A DNA stretch of 64,000 nt, taken from assembly GCF_009914755.1 (NCBI RefSeq), contig NC_060946.1; one strand, written 5' to 3'. Source of the DNA: the human T2T-CHM13v2.0 reference genome, Homo sapiens. The translations under genes and the position numbers were made by a program. Every line of letters begins with the position of its first letter. Position 1 is the stretch's first letter. The notes beneath the pieces are model-generated. The model had not been told where the DNA came from. It was given only the letters and a program-made list of their open reading frames with translations, and made no database searches. This document shows positions 42,525-64,000 of this stretch, in pieces.

Positions 42525-45183
42525 TATTATGGTATCTTTGGGGTGTCACTTTTCTGGCCAGAAACCTCTGTGGACAAGTGGCACCTCTGCCCAAGTATTG
42601 CTTGGGCCCACTGGGCTCATTCCACCCACCCGGCCTGACAGGCTGCACTTGGCTCATGCTACTGGCCTGGATCCCATGCCTGCCAAGGGAGATTGCATGG
42701 AGTGACAAGGGGTGTGTGGGGAAGTGTGGGGTCTGGCTATTTTTCAGTCAGATGTGCCAGCTGCTGCAGTGGGGTGGTCAGCTCCAGGTACCAGCATGGG
42801 CACCAGCTCTCCACGAGGCTGCAGCTGGACCAGTCGCACTCCAAGCAGCTTCCACAGCTGGCACCAGGGAAAAGGTGGTGCCCAGAAGCTTGGAGATGCC
42901 AGGAACCATAGGGCCCCAAAGAGGGAGTCACAGCCCTGGCTTGGAGAGCTCCCAGGTCTGGGCTTCCCAAAGGGCTGCAGCTCTTCTTTTCTTCTCTTTG
43001 CCCACAACATGTTGAGCAAGGGGCATGTCTCAACCCTGTTTGTGTTACAGGTCTTTTAGCCTCATTTAGTGGGTCCAAAGTTCTTCAATGAGGTGCACAG
43101 ACAAGTAGAGGGTGAGCAATGAGAATGAGGTACACAGACAAGTGGAGGGTGAGCAAGACAAACAGGAGCTATTGAGTGACAATAGCTCAGAGGAGGCCTT
43201 GGAGTGGGTAGCTCCTATCTGCAGGCAGGTCTTCCTGTCATCTCTGTGGCTCTCAGCAGAGAGGAGGCCCTGGAGTGGGTAGCTCTTCACTGCAGCTCAT
43301 TGTGCTGATGTCTGCTGCTCTCAACAGAGAGGGGTCCTGGAATGGGTAGCTCCTCTCTGCAGCTGGTCGTCCCAACATCTGCTTAGCTCTGGCTGAGCCC
43401 AGGGATTTTATGGGCCTCAGAGGGGAAGAAGTACATATCGATTGGTCCATATGTGGCCATGGGCAGGCCCAGAAAAGCCATCACAAGTTCTCACTCCAGT
43501 CCATGGGACTGGCATCCTGGCCCCCAGCTTTCAAGCCCTCCCTGGCCTGAAGGTGTGACGTCACCAGGGACCCATCCCCTTCTACCCAGGAACCTGTCTG
43601 CCTCCTTCCGTTGATGGTACCCAGGCTGTAGGTGCCAAGCCAAGCTGCCCTCAGCTCCCCTCAGTTTCCTTCTATGCTCATTGTGCCCAAAATCTGGAGG
43701 GGGCCAGGGCGGCAGGGGGCTGGTGTGTCAGCACTGCCCAACTTTGCTCTGAGATCAGAGAAGGCAGGGAGAAGCTAGGCAGTAGGAACAGGCATTTCCA
43801 TGCCTGCAAGGGCAAGGGGGTATCGGGGGACCTGCCCCAATAATCACGTAGGTTCTTTTCTATTTTCCTAAGCGTCGGCTGACTTGAGAAATAAAAGGAC
43901 AGAGTACAAAAGAGAGAAATTTTAAAGCTGGGCATCCGGGGGAGACATCACACGTTGGTAGGATCTGTGATGCCCCACAAGCCACAAAAACCAGCAAGTT
44001 TTTATTAGGGATTTTCAAAAGGGGAGGGAGTGTGCGAATAGGTGTGGGTGACAGACATCAAGTACTTAACAGGGTAATAGAATATCACAAGGCAAGTGGA
44101 GGCAGGGTGAGATCACATTGCTAATGAAGTTTCAGGCACCATTGTCATTGATAACATCTTATCAGGAGACAGGGTTTTGAGATCACCCGGTCTGACCAAA
44201 GTTTATTAGGCGGGAATTTCCTCTTCCTAATAAGCCTGGGAGCGCTATGGGAGACTGGAGTTTATTTCACCTCTGCAATCTCGACCATAAGAGACAGGTA
44301 CGCCCCGGGGGGGCCAGTTCAGAGACCTACCCCTAGGTGCGCATTCTCTTTCTCAGGGACTTTCCATGCTGAGAAAGGAATTCAGTGATATTTCTCCCAT
44401 TTGCTTTTGAAAGAAGAGAAATATGGCTCTGTTCTGCCCGGCTCACCGGTGGTCAGAGTTTAAGGTTATCTCTCTTATTCCCTGAACAATTGCTGTTATC
44501 CTGTTCTTTTTTCAGGGTGCCCACATTTCATATTGCTCAAACACATATGCTGTACAATTTGTGTAGTTAACGCAATTATTACAGGGTCCTGAGACGATAC
44601 ACATCCTTCTCAGCTGACAGGATTAAGAGATTAAAGCAAAGACAGGCATAGGAAATCACAAGGATATTTACTGGGGAAGTGATAAGTGTCCATTAAATCT
44701 TTACAATTTATGTTTAGAGACTGCAGTAAAGACAGGCATAAGAAATTACAAAAGTATTAATTTGGGGAACTAATAAATGTCCATAAAATCTTCACAATCC
44801 ACATTCTTCTGTCATGACTTCAGCCGGTCCCTCCGTTTGGGGTCCCTGACTTCCCGCAACAAGGGGGGCCTTCCTGGGCCCCCAAGAGTGCAAGGATGCC
44901 TGGGTCTGCAGCCACGGTTTGGGCAGCTGGAGCTGTGCCTGGGAGGGTGGAGCTCCCACCTGCCCCTCTGGGCCCTGAGAGCACAGGGATGCCTGGGTCT
45001 GCAGCCACGGCTTGGGCGGCTGCAGCAGCATCCAGGAAGCTCTCACCCCAACTTGGAAGGGGCGGGTCTCGCGCTTGTCCCTGGCTTTTGCCTTCTCCAT
45101 GGAGCATGCAGCCCTGGCCATGCCTAGTTGCTGCAGCCAGCGTGATGGCAGCAGCTGCTCCAGATGGCCTGCTGCTGCCATCA
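42525..45183 (-). mobile_element. MER52-type ERV1 solo LTR split by a MER11 insertion
   Basis: Minus-strand start tgatggcagcagcaggccatctggag and end aaagtgacaccccaaagat; 4-bp TSD ttaa at 42521-42524 and 45184-45187. Confidence 0.85.
43821..44861 (-). mobile_element. MER11 solo LTR (HERV-K HML-8)
   Basis: Minus-strand start tgttgcgggaagtcagggacccc; 6-bp TSD aggggg at 43815-43820 and 44862-44867. Confidence 0.9.
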
Positions 45184-45249
45184 TTAATATGTAGCTATTA
45201 AACACAGTTGGTGAATCACTTTTTTGTCTCTTAAATTATTTTGCAATAA

Positions 45250-53250
<8,001 letters not shown>

Positions 53251-53304
53251 AAGCAAATTGCTTTTAAAGTCCAAATGTTCTTTCAACAATCTTTGACACG
53301 CTAG

Positions 53305-53641
<337 letters not shown>

Positions 53642-53967
53642 TAACCAAAGAAAAGATTTCCTTCTCTGTTGCCTCAGAGAGGCAATAGTTGTCTTTTCGG
53701 TTTGGAGAAGAGTTACCCAAATGAGCCTTGCTCTCCTGTTTCACCAAGTCTGTGCCTAGAATGCTTTCTATCCATCCCTGTCCCTATCCCACCAGGCATG
53801 TGCCACTATGTCTGGCTAATTTTTTTTTAAATTTTTTTTTATCTCTACAGACAAGGTCTCATTATGTTGACTAGGCTGGTCTTGAACTCCTGGCCTGAAG
53901 CGATCCTCCCACTTCAGCCACCCAAAATGCTGAGATTATAAGCATGTGCCACCGCGACCAGCTGGCC

Positions 53968-54043
53968 TTACCTTTCAATACAGCCCCACTGGGGATTCAG
54001 TTTCAACATGAGTTTCAGAGGGGACAAACATTCAAGCCATAGC
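53968..54043 (-). mobile_element. MST (MaLR) LTR 5' fragment
   Basis: Reverse complement begins tgctatggcttgaatgtttgtcccctc. Confidence 0.6.
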
Positions 54044-54044
54044 A

Positions 54045-61255
<7,211 letters not shown>

Positions 61256-62036
61256 TAAAAGGCTGGGGTCAGGGGAGGGATGGGAAGCCCATTTAGAGGG
61301 AGAGACTGATTTCCCACAGCTTTTTAAATGTCTGAGGGCTCCCAAGCTAGGTGGCAAAAACCACCATGTAGAAAAGCCTGGGCCTGAGTAACTACTTATT
61401 CAGGTGCCATTCTCAGTGCTTTACATAAATTAGCTCACTTAATTCCTGAGCGATAATCCCATGAGGTAGGAACTATTATCCCCACTATAAAGGAAGTAGA
61501 ATATTATAATACATTATCCCCATTATAGAGGAAGTAGAAGCACAGAGAGATTAAGTAGGGTGCTCAAGATTGCACAGCTGTAAGTGGAGCAAGGATTTAA
61601 ATCTAGGTATTAGGATATACAACTAAATTACCATCTTATTCTCATTCTATAAACCGGTCAGTCTTTTTAGTAAGGAAAATCATCTCAATTTATTATTTTA
61701 CACACCCCAAGTCAGTGCAGATGGCTTTGTTCCAACCTGGAGAGGTAAAGGGTCTTTGTAGAGGTAAAGGTCTGTCTTTGTAGGCCTTCACATACAGCCT
61801 CTCCAGGGACTGTCTTGAGGAATACTTTCTGAGAACTTCTTGAAGCTCTTTAAACAGGAACCAACTTGTATTTTTTTTTCCTCTTTTTTTTGAGATGGAG
61901 TCTGGCTCTGTCACCCAGGCTGGAGTACAGTGGTGTGATCCTGGCTCACTGCAACCTCCACCTGGTTCCAGCGATTCTTGTGCCCCAGCCTCTCGAGTAG
62001 GTGGGACTACAGGTGTGTACCACCATGCCCAGCTAA

Positions 62037-62210
<174 letters not shown>

Positions 62211-62519
62211 TAGACTGTTGCTGGAAATAAGAGTGGCAAAATAGGTACTTTTCAACAATTTCTAACACTTTTGTCTATTTTTCCAATGTGTCTTTGGCCT
62301 GTGCATATTGCCTTGGCAGCCCCTCCCAATGGTCACTGAGTCCTGGAGATCTGGCCAGTCCTTCTTCATCTTCACTGCGATCACCCCTGTCCCAGCCTCC
62401 CTGTCTCTCACCTGGATCCTTGAACAGCAGCTAATTGTAGGCTCTCTGTATACCTGAAAGGCTCCAGTCAGGAGGCAAAAGCCATGTGTTATTTGTACAG
62501 AAAGATAGGCAACCGTAAG

Positions 62520-64000
<1,481 letters not shown>

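Noticed and set aside
42578-45205. Several overlapping 90-145 aa ORFs
   Set aside because: GC-rich MER52 LTR sequence with few stops; no recognisable retroviral protein motifs

Overview
Human (primate) genomic DNA, about 70 Alu copies plus L1, LTR and DNA-transposon fossils. From the encoded proteins I recognise it as the SEPTIN3-WBP2NL locus (chr22q13.2, from recall). Positions 1-7830 hold the last coding exons of SEPTIN3 (+), with two alternative C-termini (intron retained vs spliced) and a long 3'UTR. About 0.6 kb later a CpG-island promoter starts WBP2NL/PAWP (+). Its six coding exons join to exactly 930 nt (309 aa + stop): an N-terminal GRAM/PH-like region and a C-terminal 21-nt YGAPPxG repeat. 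WBP2NL intron 1 (20.4 kb) contains a full-length antisense SLC25A5/ANT2 processed pseudogene, an Hsmar2 mariner fossil hit by six Alus, an unidentified TSD-bounded retro-insertion and an old L1. Downstream of the stop codon are a candidate chain of three non-coding 3'UTR exons, a MER11 LTR nested in a MER52 LTR, L1 fossils and a 1.5-kb retrocopied 3'UTR. No prokaryote-type system (CRISPR, operon) is present, and nearly all ORFs in the track are repeat artefacts. The best leads are post-transcriptional: the spliced WBP2NL 3'UTR and a neuronal RNA-binding-protein motif cluster at the SEPTIN3 isoform switch. Repeat subfamily names come from recalled consensus sequences, and repeat boundaries are approximate unless a TSD is quoted.
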